The notes beneath the pieces are model-generated. The model did no database searches, was not told where the DNA came from, and worked only from the letters and a program-made list of their open reading frames with translations. The position numbers were made by a program, and so were the translations under genes. From an uncultured virus (IMG/VR IMGVR_UViG_3300015360_000026) (taxonomy: Duplodnaviria; Heunggongvirae; Uroviricota; Caudoviricetes), in the IMG/VR virus record IMGVR_UViG_3300015360_000026: a DNA stretch of 64,000 bases. One strand, given 5' to 3'. Each line of letters starts with the position of its first letter. Within the stretch, counting starts at the first letter, position 1. Shown here piece after piece: positions 52,926 to 62,935 of the stretch.

Positions 52926-54871
52926 TGACCTCCACCCCCGCCGCCCTGCTGCATCTGGGCCATGGCCTGGTTACCCGCCTGGCTCTTTGTGTCCCGACGG
53001 ATCTGGTCCATGCGGGCGGTGACCAGGCTATGCAGAACCTGGTTACCCTGCTTGAGCTTACGAAGCTCAATGTCCTTCTCGCCCTCGGGCCTCCCAAGCA
53101 AACCCTGAGCAATCGTGTCTGCCGCCGCCATCATGTCCTGCGGAGTCTGGGGAACATTCGGCGACAGCTGCTGCATGTACTGCGTGACAGGACCAGCCAT
53201 GCTTCCTTGCATAGCAGTAGCAGCGTCAGGGGCGGCACCACCAGGAGCACCACCGCCGCCTCCACCGCCAGCACCGCCGGGAGGAGGACCGCCACCAGCA
53301 CCAGCAGACCCGCCTCCCTGAGCAGGAGGCTGACCTTTTGCAATTTGTTGTGCAAAGCCCGCTTGCTCCATTTCTTCCTGAGTGCGGCTCTGGATCTCGG
53401 ACTGAGTCCGGGACTCCTCGGCCATTTGCTTCTGCTCTTGAATCCAGTCGTACCCCAGGGCCGACAGGGCACTGGTCCCCGACAGCTGCTGACTCATCAT
53501 GAGCTGGAGGGCCGACATCTGCTTCTGCATGTCGTCGGCGATGGTGACCCGCTTCAGGATCGCGTCCACCGTCTCCCACGACAGGATCTGACCGACCTGC
53601 TTGACAATCCACTGGAGGGCCGAGTTGCAGTCGTGCACCAGGTGGTGCCACGTGCTCTCGAACAGCCGCAGGGCCACCGGGGCCGTCTGAAGCTGGAGGG
53701 AGCCCTTGTACAGTTCCACAGGCGTGCCGGCGTCATTGAGCAGGGTCTCCATGCCCTGATCCATCAGCTCACGCGGGGCGAGCTGGTTGGCCTCGGCCCC
53801 GAGCATCTGGTAGTTGACGGGGAACGGCAGCACCTGCCACGACGCAGGATCGCGGCGGCGACGCTTGATCATCGACTGGACCTGGCCCCGGAAGTCGCCG
53901 CCGTTGTACATCATCAGCGGATCTTGGGCGATGCCACCCGTCGAACTGCTGCCCTGGCGGGCACCCGGTGTGATGAGGCGGAACGGAATGACGTAGTCGA
54001 GGGCAATGGCCTCGTTGAAGCGGTGCAAGACCTGGACGTACCAGATCTGGCGGAAGTTCGAGATGATCCGGGGGATACCCCAGCCCCGGTTGAGCACGCC
54101 CGCGAGGGTCGGCTCTTTCATGTGGTAGATGGTGTCGTCGTTAAATCGGAACAGTTGGTTCTTGTGAATGGCGTCCAAGACCTGCTTGGGCACCCGTTCA
54201 AGATGGAACAGGTTGCCCTGGCGGACGGCTCGCTTGTACTCCTCGGGGATACGCCAGAGGTAGTGACATTCGTGCGTGTACGGGTCATGGAGGAGTTCGA
54301 TCTCGTGCGGGTTCCACCGCTTGACCTTGATCTTGGTCTCTTCGTCATCGGCCTTGTCGTCGATCCGCCACTTGCCCCGGTAGCCGCCGCCCACCTTGCA
54401 CTGCGGGCACGTGGCCGTGAAGTCCGGCATGTTGAAGGCGAACCCGAACGCGGCGTTCTCCATCACCACCTTGAGCGGGTAATGGGCACCGCACTTGGGG
54501 CACCCCAGGAACCGCTTGAAAGGCACGATGACCGAGCTGAACGAGTTGCCGTAGCACATCCGGTCGCGGAGGAGGTTCTGCAACACCGTCATGATGTCGA
54601 GGGTGTCGTCGAGGAAGCCATCCCACTTCTTCTTCTCGTCGTCACTGACGTTGCGGATCTCCACGTCCGTGAGGAAGTAGGAGATGATCCGCTCCATCGC
54701 CATCCGGTAGGTGCCGAAGATCGAGTAGATGTACTCGCACCAGTACAGTGCGTTCCGCATCGTACCGGGGACGGCGAGAGACGAGACGTCGAGGAAGGGA
54801 TCTGGGAACTGTTCGCCGCCTCCCACGCCGGAGAAGCGAGCGAACTGACCGCGAAGTGTAGCAGATCCCAT
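52922..54871 (-). CDS. probable portal protein with Zn-ribbon insert
   Basis: 649 aa; D..CYGN.F, IYH.K.P, WGIP, helical C-terminal half with Gly/Gln tail; CPKC...CPQC insert. Confidence 0.55.
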   Translation of the reverse strand: MGSATLRGQFARFSGVGGGEQFPDPFLDVSSLAVPGTMRNALYWCEYIYSIFGTYRMAMERIISYFLTDVEIRNVSDDEKKKWDGFLDDTLDIMTVLQNLLRDRMCYGNSFSSVIVPFKRFLGCPKCGAHYPLKVVMENAAFGFAFNMPDFTATCPQCKVGGGYRGKWRIDDKADDEETKIKVKRWNPHEIELLHDPYTHECHYLWRIPEEYKRAVRQGNLFHLERVPKQVLDAIHKNQLFRFNDDTIYHMKEPTLAGVLNRGWGIPRIISNFRQIWYVQVLHRFNEAIALDYVIPFRLITPGARQGSSSTGGIAQDPLMMYNGGDFRGQVQSMIKRRRRDPASWQVLPFPVNYQMLGAEANQLAPRELMDQGMETLLNDAGTPVELYKGSLQLQTAPVALRLFESTWHHLVHDCNSALQWIVKQVGQILSWETVDAILKRVTIADDMQKQMSALQLMMSQQLSGTSALSALGYDWIQEQKQMAEESRTQSEIQSRTQEEMEQAGFAQQIAKGQPPAQGGGSAGAGGGPPPGGAGGGGGGGAPGGAAPDAATAMQGSMAGPVTQYMQQLSPNVPQTPQDMMAAADTIAQGLLGRPEGEKDIELRKLKQGNQVLHSLVTARMDQIRRDTKSQAGNQAMAQMQQGGGGGGQ

Positions 54872-54910
54872 TGAAGGACCTCCATGTCCGTGTTGTGATC
54901 TGCCCGAGGC

Positions 54911-55081
54911 TTACTGCTTTGGCGTCTCAGCGGCCTTCTCGGCCATCTTGCTCAGCGTGTCGTGGCCGCACCCCTGGTGCACGTGGCCGCACTTCTGATC
55001 CGCCGGCTGGTCGGCAGCCTTCTTCTCGTCGGGCTTGGGTGCTTCGCCCTCGCCCGAGCAAACTCCAGTCTTCTCCATCAT
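54911..55081 (-). CDS. small protein (56 aa) upstream of the portal
   Basis: GAGGAG SD; MMEKTGV...EKKAA...KCGHVH; below the ORF-track cutoff. Confidence 0.6.
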   Translation of the reverse strand: MMEKTGVCSGEGEAPKPDEKKAADQPADQKCGHVHQGCGHDTLSKMAEKAAETPKQ

Positions 55082-55108
55082 AACCTGCTCCTCTGTGTAC
55101 GGACTACA

Positions 55109-56527
55109 TCACTTCACGTCTTCGTAGTCCAGGGTCTCGACGTCGTGCTTGACCAACACAACGTGGTCGAACACGCCTTGAGGGTACGAGAAACCCATCG
55201 AAGACACAACGAAGGTCTTCTTCAGGTGCGGAACGTGCAGCTTGATCTGCTTGATGTCGAGATCCGGCGGCTCGTACTGCTGGCCGTCCTCGTACCGCGT
55301 GTCGTACACCAGGGCGATGCAGTTCTTGCTCTCGATCACGTCGTGGTAGAACGCCGACTGCTTGCCCGTCTCGGGAAACTCGAAGAACACCCGGCGGCGG
55401 GCCTTGAGACCGATCGGACCGGTGATGTACGGCAGACCGAGAGTCTCGAAGCCGACAATAATCCCGTCCCGGTGATCGTCCGCCAGTTCGTCGAGGTGCT
55501 GGTCGCGATCGCGGCTGCGGTCATCGTCGTCGCGGCGGTGATCGCGGGCCGCACGGACCGAGTCCTCAAAAACTGGCTTCTGAGAGTCGGCAGCGTACGG
55601 GTTATCATCGCCGACCTTCCTGCGAATGACCGACTTCGCCGGAGCCATACGAGGGCGTGGGTCAGCCGGACGGGTCGACAGCTCAGGCGACGGGCGGGAC
55701 TCGTGAGATTGTCGCGGGGCCTGCTCGACGGCCCCGACCCGCTGGTTGAGCGTCTGCATGCCCTGGGCCAACTGCGACAACAACGCGACCAGGTTGGGGT
55801 CGGTTTGTGGCGGCGACGGCGGGGCGTACTGCGGCGGCGGTGCATACTGCGGCGGGGGCGGTGCGTACTGGGGATACTGCGGCTGGCCGGGGTACGGCAA
55901 ATTCACCTGCGGCGGCTGCTGCTGCGGCGGCGGATACGGCACCGGCGTTGCGATGTTCTGGGGCGGTTGCAGGGGCTGAATGTGGGGCAGCGGGGGTGCC
56001 GGGTTGAGCACGCGATCCTCCGTGAGTGGGACAGGGTAACTTCCAGCGAAGTCCCCATAACTGGAACCATTGTCGGTCTGCCGCCCGTCCTGCGAGGCTT
56101 GAGGCGTCAGGTAGGCGTTACTACCAAGGAGCGAGTTGCTGCGGGCCGGCGGCGAGGGCAGCGGTGCTCCCCGTGCCAGAGCCGTGGGCGACATGCCGAG
56201 CTTGTAGAACGCCTGGTGGGGGTACTTCGAGGAGGCGACAGCTTCGTACACGCTCCGGCTGTTGAGCTGGGCCATGTCGACGACGGAGCCGCCATCAGGG
56301 GCGTCGGGGTCGACGTGAACCACGGACGCGACCGTGGGGTCGAACCCCATAGACCGGCCGTCGTCGCGGGCCTTGGGCACCACGACCGGCAGGCCGATGC
56401 CCGACCGCATGCGTTCGAGCTGCCGGGCGTCCGGGTGCTGGTAGTTTTCGTCGTCGGGCGAGTGCCTTGTCCACCCCGACCCGCCACCCTGCTCGGGGTC
56501 CCAAAATGTCGCAGCCGCCTTCGCCAT
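55109..56527 (-). CDS. Pro-rich hypothetical protein
   Basis: AAGGA SD; PQYAPPP repeats; globular C-domain. Confidence 0.7.
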   Translation of the reverse strand: MAKAAATFWDPEQGGGSGWTRHSPDDENYQHPDARQLERMRSGIGLPVVVPKARDDGRSMGFDPTVASVVHVDPDAPDGGSVVDMAQLNSRSVYEAVASSKYPHQAFYKLGMSPTALARGAPLPSPPARSNSLLGSNAYLTPQASQDGRQTDNGSSYGDFAGSYPVPLTEDRVLNPAPPLPHIQPLQPPQNIATPVPYPPPQQQPPQVNLPYPGQPQYPQYAPPPPQYAPPPQYAPPSPPQTDPNLVALLSQLAQGMQTLNQRVGAVEQAPRQSHESRPSPELSTRPADPRPRMAPAKSVIRRKVGDDNPYAADSQKPVFEDSVRAARDHRRDDDDRSRDRDQHLDELADDHRDGIIVGFETLGLPYITGPIGLKARRRVFFEFPETGKQSAFYHDVIESKNCIALVYDTRYEDGQQYEPPDLDIKQIKLHVPHLKKTFVVSSMGFSYPQGVFDHVVLVKHDVETLDYEDVK

Positions 56528-56609
56528 GTGCAGTTCCTTGCGAGTACCTTGATCGCCGAGCATTCTACCGGCCGGCGTCGAACGAGGGGAAGAGGGATCG
56601 CTGATAGGT

Positions 56610-56645
56610 AAAAAAAGGCGTGAGCACCCCGGAGGGTGCCCACGC
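56610..56645 (-). terminator. intrinsic terminator
   Basis: GCGTGGGCACCC-TCCG-GGGTGCTCACGC-C-TTTTTTT. Confidence 0.88.
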
Positions 56646-56654
56646 AAGACAACA

Positions 56655-58040
56655 CTAGACCTGGTCAGCGTACCAGACGTGCCGATCGCTGAACTCGCGG
56701 TCTCGCGAGGTCGCGAAGTCGCACATCGTTTGCCCAACCACGGACTCGAACCCGAAAGCGTTCTTCTGGCTTATAGGCGGAAGAACAAAACACTCCGAAA
56801 CGTCCGACCAGTAATCAGCGAGGGCGGTCACTTCGTAGACACCGCCGTCAGGGATGGCCATGGGCGTATTCACGAACGACGCCCCGAACACGCCGAAATC
56901 CAGCAACCGAGCAGTCGTGCCCAAGGTGAGCATGGACCGAACAATCCATTGTTCGACGAGCTGGTAAGCTCGCCGACGCCCGACGTGGGCAACCAAGCCC
57001 GCCCACGTCAGCCGCCCGCCGCCCGTCGAGCCGATTTCGACGCCGACGACCTCCCCGGCCTTGACCTTGTCCCCAGGGGACAGAGTCAACTCGGCCATCC
57101 TCGACACCGCCATGCAGTGTCGACGACCGAACTCGTCGACGAAATGCACGTCGACGACCGGCACCTCCTTCTTGCGGCGGACCTCGTCGATCCCGACGCA
57201 CGTGCCGGTGCACGGGGCGTGCACGTCAAGCTGGCCATCACGGAAAGCGTTCAACGCCCCCCACATGACCGAGTCGGGCAGCTCACCGCCATCCCACAGG
57301 CGAGACAGGATCTGCTCATCGCTGGCCTGAACGGCCATGAGGTATGTCGGCGACTTGGGCCGCAGCACGACCGATGGCGTGACAGCCGCGTCACGACCGA
57401 GCAGCAGGGTCGCCTCCGGAGGCGACCCGTCAAAGCGGTCCCGAGCCACGAAGCCCGGCCCACGCGACCGGATGAACTTCAGGAAGTCCTTCTGGCGATC
57501 GTGCCAAGACGGCACGCCCTCGGGGGCCTTCCGCCGAAACTCGAACGCAGACGTCAGCCGGGACCAGGCCAACTCGTTCATGAGCCGGCCGATGCGTGGG
57601 TTGGCCTCGCAGACCTCGACACCCTGGTCGGGCAGCACGTACTCCTCGGTAATGCCCCCAAGGAAGGGTGCCCCGAAGTACGTGCGGCAGTTCCGCACCG
57701 CCAAGATCGTAATGTCGGGTTGGCCGTACCGGAGCCGGCCCCCCGGCAAGTCGACCATGCTCCACCACTGGAGCGTCTTGGCCGGGGTAAAGAGTCGCTC
57801 CCCGAACTCTTGGAAGAGTCCGGAACCGGGGATGAGACCCAGCCCGATGACGCCGGTCCATCTCTGGCCCGCGTGAATGCGGGAGACCAGATCGACCCAA
57901 ACCTCGTACTCTCCGGTCGTATCCAAACGACCGTATTCCTTCGGAGGGGCATCGGCCTCTTCCATCTGGCGATGGAGGGCCTTCTGCTTCTCGACCTGGA
58001 CCTGGGTCTTCGTCTTCACCTTCGTTGCGGACGGAATCAT
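56655..58040 (-). CDS. hypothetical protein with a sandwich-barrel-hybrid-like motif
   Basis: VHAPCTG...V.F.DE.G......V.....L.LSPGDKVKAGEVV. Confidence 0.6.
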   Translation of the reverse strand: MIPSATKVKTKTQVQVEKQKALHRQMEEADAPPKEYGRLDTTGEYEVWVDLVSRIHAGQRWTGVIGLGLIPGSGLFQEFGERLFTPAKTLQWWSMVDLPGGRLRYGQPDITILAVRNCRTYFGAPFLGGITEEYVLPDQGVEVCEANPRIGRLMNELAWSRLTSAFEFRRKAPEGVPSWHDRQKDFLKFIRSRGPGFVARDRFDGSPPEATLLLGRDAAVTPSVVLRPKSPTYLMAVQASDEQILSRLWDGGELPDSVMWGALNAFRDGQLDVHAPCTGTCVGIDEVRRKKEVPVVDVHFVDEFGRRHCMAVSRMAELTLSPGDKVKAGEVVGVEIGSTGGGRLTWAGLVAHVGRRRAYQLVEQWIVRSMLTLGTTARLLDFGVFGASFVNTPMAIPDGGVYEVTALADYWSDVSECFVLPPISQKNAFGFESVVGQTMCDFATSRDREFSDRHVWYADQV

Positions 58041-58135
58041 GATCTTCTCCGGTCATGTAGGCGAGCCGAATTGGCCCACCGATAGCGAGAAGCTAAGATG
58101 CTTCTCACATAGTATGACGCGGATCAGACGATTAT

Positions 58136-58801
58136 TTACTCGTCGTCATCCTCCGGGGGCTCGTCGTCCTCGTCCTGATCCTCATCGTCCTCGTCGCCCG
58201 CCGCCTGGCGACTAGCGACGTCCCGGATCTGTTTCTCGCACTTCTCGACGACGGTCGCCGGCTCACACAATTCAGGATCGCCGAGGAAGCCGTCCTCCTG
58301 CACGTCGAGGCACCCCAGCAAGTCGAGTTCGACCCGCTTGGACGGGCCGAAGCCGCCGTGCGGGACCGTCAACGCCGTCTCACGGTCGGGCATCGTCAAG
58401 TAGCGAGTCGGTCCCTTGGTCAGCCGCATCACCACACCGTAGAACGCCGTGACGGTGACGTTCTGCCCCTCCAGCCGGGCGATGTGCAGGGCCATCAGCT
58501 CGGCCGACTTGAACGTGCGGACGACCGGGTACTCGCCATCGAAGTGCTCGATCAATGTGAACTGGTACGTGTTCGGGTTGGCGTCGAGTTCAGGCTTCTC
58601 AACCTGGGGCACAGACTCGTCGAGCTTCTCGCGGGCACCCTCGCTCAGCCTCGCCCGCCACGCCGCGTACTCCTCGGCCTCGTCGTCAGCCTTGACTAGA
58701 TCCGTACTCCCGGCCATCAACGCCGCCCTGGCTCGCGGGCTGAGCTTCTTGGCGAACGCCGCCCAGGCTACTTGCTGTTTGGTTTCAGTTGGTTCCGCCA
58801 C
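58136..58801 (-). CDS. hypothetical protein with acidic tail
   Basis: 221 aa. Confidence 0.65.
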   Translation of the reverse strand: MAEPTETKQQVAWAAFAKKLSPRARAALMAGSTDLVKADDEAEEYAAWRARLSEGAREKLDESVPQVEKPELDANPNTYQFTLIEHFDGEYPVVRTFKSAELMALHIARLEGQNVTVTAFYGVVMRLTKGPTRYLTMPDRETALTVPHGGFGPSKRVELDLLGCLDVQEDGFLGDPELCEPATVVEKCEKQIRDVASRQAAGDEDDEDQDEDDEPPEDDDE

Positions 58802-59472
58802 AGGTTCTCCATGGAAAGTTTGTCCAGAACGTACTCAGGATTGTCCCCCTTGAAGAACGCCTTCGCGTAGTCCACCATCGTCCGGGTCGGAGGATACTTC
58901 CGCAAGCGAGGGATGTTAGTCAACGGGTTGATGCCCTCCTCGAACGCCAGCCGGCACAAGCTGCCGTCGACACCGAAAGCGTCGACCTCTACGACCGGCA
59001 GTCGTCCCGTGACCAAGGTCGCCTTGTCGACAGCGAGTGGATCGATGACGTGCAAAACCTGGCGTCCGATCTTATTGACGTAGTTGCTGTCGGGGACAGC
59101 AACGGCGACCGTCAGATAGAAGGACTTGAACGCCTCCCAGTGCTCGCGGCGGACCGCCCACACCGCGTGGTTCCAGTCGACGTCGCCATCAGACGTGTCA
59201 AGGCCGGCGAAAATGCGACGGTCGAACCGATAAAAAAAGAACTCCACGTTCTGTTGGTACTCGTGGAGGAAGTCAACGAGCGGGTCGTCCGTCATGTACC
59301 CGTGGAGGTACAAGATGGCCGGCGTGAAAAATGCGTAGTCCTGTGCCAACTCGGTGAGCGACTTGGCCCGACCGAGCGGCAACAGGTGCTTCTGCAACCG
59401 ACCGCCGTGGTCGGTCTCCGGGGTCTTAAACGCGACCCCGTCCTTCCACACATTAAGACCACCCGCGTCCAT
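58768..59472 (-). CDS. hypothetical protein
   Basis: 234 aa. Confidence 0.65.
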   Translation of the reverse strand: MDAGGLNVWKDGVAFKTPETDHGGRLQKHLLPLGRAKSLTELAQDYAFFTPAILYLHGYMTDDPLVDFLHEYQQNVEFFFYRFDRRIFAGLDTSDGDVDWNHAVWAVRREHWEAFKSFYLTVAVAVPDSNYVNKIGRQVLHVIDPLAVDKATLVTGRLPVVEVDAFGVDGSLCRLAFEEGINPLTNIPRLRKYPPTRTMVDYAKAFFKGDNPEYVLDKLSMENLWRNQLKPNSK

Positions 59473-59488
59473 GCAGCACCGTTTCGAC

Positions 59489-60154
59489 TTACAGGAAGTT
59501 CACCTGCGAAGCCAGTTCCGTGAGCAACACGACATCCTCCTCGGGGTCCACGCACGGCCCCGTCCAACCGTCCTTGGGCTTGATGCCGCGTTGCGTGAAC
59601 ACCGTGCCCCAGGTCACAAACTTCGCCGACTCGCGGGGGATCATCGCCTCCGTGATATCCCGGTGGTCGACGTTACCGTACCACATCGACGCCGGCAGGG
59701 GGCTGTTGTGCACCGGCAGGCTGCACTCGATGCCCAACAACTTGAGAAACGTGCGAGGCTCAAACGCAATGAAGATCGCCTTGGGCCTCGCCGGACGGTC
59801 GACCAGGTCGCCCGACCACGCCTCGGGGTACTCCTTGAGGAGCCAAGCCCGAGCCGCCAAGCACACCGGCAGCTGGCCACTGCCCTTCTCGCGTCCCTTA
59901 CTCGACCACCGCCCGGCCCGCTCGTTCTTTGGGTCGATGATGACCACGTAGTCGAGCGTACCGAGGTACGGGTTCAAGTGGGCCGTCTGCATGAACTCGG
60001 CCTCGGACGCCGCAATGTGGGCGTCGATCTTGTCCTTGTCCTTGTAGTTGGCCGGTGCCTGGAACTTCGGAACCAGTTCCTTGATGTTATCAACCGGCTT
60101 CGTCCGGTATCCGACCAACAACTTCGCCGTCACAATCTTGGTGTTATCCGCCAC
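59489..60154 (-). CDS. RNase H-like / PolB exonuclease-like protein, probably degenerate
   Basis: APANYKDKDKI..HI, L.P..G.L; H.DI; catalytic DxE not evident. Confidence 0.45.
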   Translation of the reverse strand: MADNTKIVTAKLLVGYRTKPVDNIKELVPKFQAPANYKDKDKIDAHIAASEAEFMQTAHLNPYLGTLDYVVIIDPKNERAGRWSSKGREKGSGQLPVCLAARAWLLKEYPEAWSGDLVDRPARPKAIFIAFEPRTFLKLLGIECSLPVHNSPLPASMWYGNVDHRDITEAMIPRESAKFVTWGTVFTQRGIKPKDGWTGPCVDPEEDVVLLTELASQVNFL

Positions 60155-60383
60155 TGTATTCTCCCGCTGTGCAGGCGTCTTCCGCCGCCATGCGGGCCTT
60201 CTGGCACGCCTCGGCAGCTAACGCCGTGTTCTTCGCTCGAATCGTCTGAAACCGAAAGTGCAGAAGCCTCGCCGCATCAAGCTCGGAGGCATTCATGGTC
60301 CCGCTCAATGCTTTACACAGCAAGCGGAACTCGTCAGCGTCCAGTTGGAACTGGTACGTGACTTTGATATCCAAGTGAGCCAT
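60144..60383 (-). CDS. hypothetical protein
   Basis: 79 aa. Confidence 0.55.
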   Translation of the reverse strand: MAHLDIKVTYQFQLDADEFRLLCKALSGTMNASELDAARLLHFRFQTIRAKNTALAAEACQKARMAAEDACTAGEYSGG

Positions 60384-60392
60384 ATCGTCTTC

Positions 60393-61562
60393 CTAACCGG
60401 GTACGATCAGCGTACTCGGCATGTAGTTGTCCAGCAGCTCTTTGTCGACATCGAAGTATGCCAGATTCGTCCCCACGACGATACGACACTTCCCCTCGGC
60501 CAGGTTGTCGGCCTTGTCGATGACCCGCACGAGCCGAAGGTGCGTAAACGTCCGCAACTGTTCCAACTCGGGTGCCTTGACATCGACATCCGCTTTGGAA
60601 TCCTTCGGGACAGCCCCCAACATGCCGCAGCCGGCCTTATTGCACCAGTCCCGCACCCGCTTGTGTCCATCGCCGGCGGCGGCTGCCTCCGGACGGCCGT
60701 AGAACCCCTTGGTGTGGGTCTTCGTCAGGTCATCGCACACCACGAGGTCGGGCATGGTCGACAAGCTCTTGACCACGTGAGACACGATCATCTCCCGCAT
60801 GCTGTCGTTAGTATCGCCACAACCCTTCCACGCCGTGGGGCCAACCCACACAAGTTGGTTCGTGCTGTGCTTCGACTTGTGGTAGCTCGCCCCAAGCCAG
60901 ATCACCGTGTGCATCCACTTAGTCCGAGTCTTCAACACGTGCAGCACGATCTGGTCGATGACGTACTGAACGGCGTTCCGCCAGCCGATGAGAACCAACG
61001 ACCGGTCGCGGTGCCAGATGCCGCCTTCGAGGTCGATCGGGAACGGCAGGGGCATGGGCCTGTTCCGGCGGGCGTCCTCCTCGGCCTTCAGCTCCTCGTG
61101 AGCCAGGGCCTCGTCCTTCGCGGAGTGTTTGACGACCACCGACTCGATCCACGGGAGGGCCGTCTGGGCGAACCCTAGCATCAGCTCCTTTTCGTTGAAC
61201 GGCTGAGCCGCCTTGTGCATGGCGGCTTGGATGATGTAGTCCTCGGTCATCGGGTGGGCCTTGGGCTCGGCCTTCATCAGATCCTGCAACTCGCGGTAGG
61301 CCACGGCATAACAGCGGCGGAACGCAATCAACGATCCCAGGAGCTGAAGGTATTCCGGCTTGTCGAGGAGCTTTTTAGCCCACGCCCCCGCGAGGACCAG
61401 GGCCTTCTGCTCCTCGCCGATGTCAGAGGTGGCGAGAACCTCCTCCAGCGTCTCCACCGGGGAGTTCATCATCCGCACCATGAGCGACAAGGACTCGTTC
61501 GAGTCCGCCATGTCGGCAGGCGGCGTCTCGGTCACGACTCGTTCGGTTCCGTCGGCAAGCAT
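60393..61562 (-). CDS. degenerate RecA/DnaB-fold-like protein
   Basis: GGI....LVLIG, PDLVVCDDL; no Walker A GKT. Confidence 0.45.
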   Translation of the reverse strand: MLADGTERVVTETPPADMADSNESLSLMVRMMNSPVETLEEVLATSDIGEEQKALVLAGAWAKKLLDKPEYLQLLGSLIAFRRCYAVAYRELQDLMKAEPKAHPMTEDYIIQAAMHKAAQPFNEKELMLGFAQTALPWIESVVVKHSAKDEALAHEELKAEEDARRNRPMPLPFPIDLEGGIWHRDRSLVLIGWRNAVQYVIDQIVLHVLKTRTKWMHTVIWLGASYHKSKHSTNQLVWVGPTAWKGCGDTNDSMREMIVSHVVKSLSTMPDLVVCDDLTKTHTKGFYGRPEAAAAGDGHKRVRDWCNKAGCGMLGAVPKDSKADVDVKAPELEQLRTFTHLRLVRVIDKADNLAEGKCRIVVGTNLAYFDVDKELLDNYMPSTLIVPG

Positions 61563-62521
61563 TTGAGTTCTTCCTCTCGGTGTGATAACGCGGTCGCAAT
61601 TCGTTCCTTGGCCAGCTTGACAAAATTCGGGTTCCGGTCGAACCCTTTGTAGTTACGCCCAGCGTGCACAGCTGCTACGCCCGCCGTGCCAGACCCGGCA
61701 AACGGGTCAAGTACCGTGTCGCCCTTGCGACTCATCAACCGGATCAGCGTGTACGCCATCACCATCGGGTGCTGATTAGGGACCGGTTGCCGCCCCTTGT
61801 GCGTCCCGCACACGCGAGGCGGGCACAATACGTCGTGGTCCGACCGAAACGTCGCGTCCCACCCCTCTTGGTGTACCACCAGGAAATCGTCCAACACTTT
61901 GCCGAACGGGAACAACTCTATCGGCTTGCCGGCCGCAATCCACTCGTCCCGCCTTTTGACGAATCTCGTGTCCTTGTTAATCGCCCGCCACGGCGTCACC
62001 TGCAATTCAGGATTGTCACCATGAAACACGCACTTCTTGCGGTGTTTGACCAGCCGGAGGCACGTCATGTGGGCAGGGGTGAAGTTAGTCCCGTGATGGT
62101 TGTTCTGCCCGAAACCGAACCCCCAGATGATCTCACTGGCCAAGAACAACTGTAGCGTCTCACGACAGTGATGTTCAAGGTAGCACCGATGCTGCACGGG
62201 CGGAAACAACAACAACGTCCCGTTAACCGGCATGATCTCAACCAGCGGGTCGAGCCACTCGTAACACCAGGTCCGGTAGTCATCGTCACTCAGGTCGTCA
62301 CAGATGGGCTTATTATCGCCGTCACGACCGTAGTCCTGGCCGATGTTGTGCGGCGGGTCGCAGTAGATCAACTTCGGTTTTATCTGTTGCAGCAAAGCGG
62401 AAGTCTTGATGTGATGTACGCAGTCCTCGGGGGTCACCGTCGATTTGAGCACCGGGTCACCGGGCGAAACCAGAACTTGAACACCGCCGTCCCACTTCTT
62501 TTCCTTCTCACTGTTGGCCAT
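61532..62521 (-). CDS. DNA N4-C/N6-A methyltransferase (beta class)
   Basis: LIYCDPPHNIG (motif IV) precedes VLDPFAGSGT (motif I). Confidence 0.92.
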   Translation of the reverse strand: MANSEKEKKWDGGVQVLVSPGDPVLKSTVTPEDCVHHIKTSALLQQIKPKLIYCDPPHNIGQDYGRDGDNKPICDDLSDDDYRTWCYEWLDPLVEIMPVNGTLLLFPPVQHRCYLEHHCRETLQLFLASEIIWGFGFGQNNHHGTNFTPAHMTCLRLVKHRKKCVFHGDNPELQVTPWRAINKDTRFVKRRDEWIAAGKPIELFPFGKVLDDFLVVHQEGWDATFRSDHDVLCPPRVCGTHKGRQPVPNQHPMVMAYTLIRLMSRKGDTVLDPFAGSGTAGVAAVHAGRNYKGFDRNPNFVKLAKERIATALSHREEELKCLPTEPNES

Positions 62522-62545
62522 GTTGTCTCCTTTGTTTGTCCACTC

Positions 62546-62935
62546 TCAAGTTCGAGCCGCTCGTGTTCGCTCGAATGCCTCCAGGTACGCGACAATGGCC
62601 TTCGCCCGAGGGAGGGTCAGCCAGCTACGCACGAAGCGGTTGCAATAGTTGTGGATGACACCTCGCACGTACAGGCGACGTGTGGACGGCGGCATCTTCC
62701 TCACCTTGATGACATGACCCTTCTTGGACTTCTTCTTCTTGTTCGCCTTGAACCCCTTAACGTGCTCATGATCGACCACGAGCGGACGGCCCTCAAACGG
62801 CTTGCCGCACACCACGCAGGTGTAGTTGCAGGCCGCACACAAAGTGACCCAGTCGGCACTGGTCATGCCGTACTTAGCCAAGGTGCTCGTATGCGGCATC
62901 TTGACAGCCGGTACAACTTCGCCCTTCTCAACCAT
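62546..62935 (-). CDS. recombination endonuclease VII
   Basis: KYG.T..D...CVVC...LVVDHEH...VRG.....CN. Confidence 0.85.
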   Translation of the reverse strand: MVEKGEVVPAVKMPHTSTLAKYGMTSADWVTLCAACNYTCVVCGKPFEGRPLVVDHEHVKGFKANKKKKSKKGHVIKVRKMPPSTRRLYVRGVIHNYCNRFVRSWLTLPRAKAIVAYLEAFERTRAART

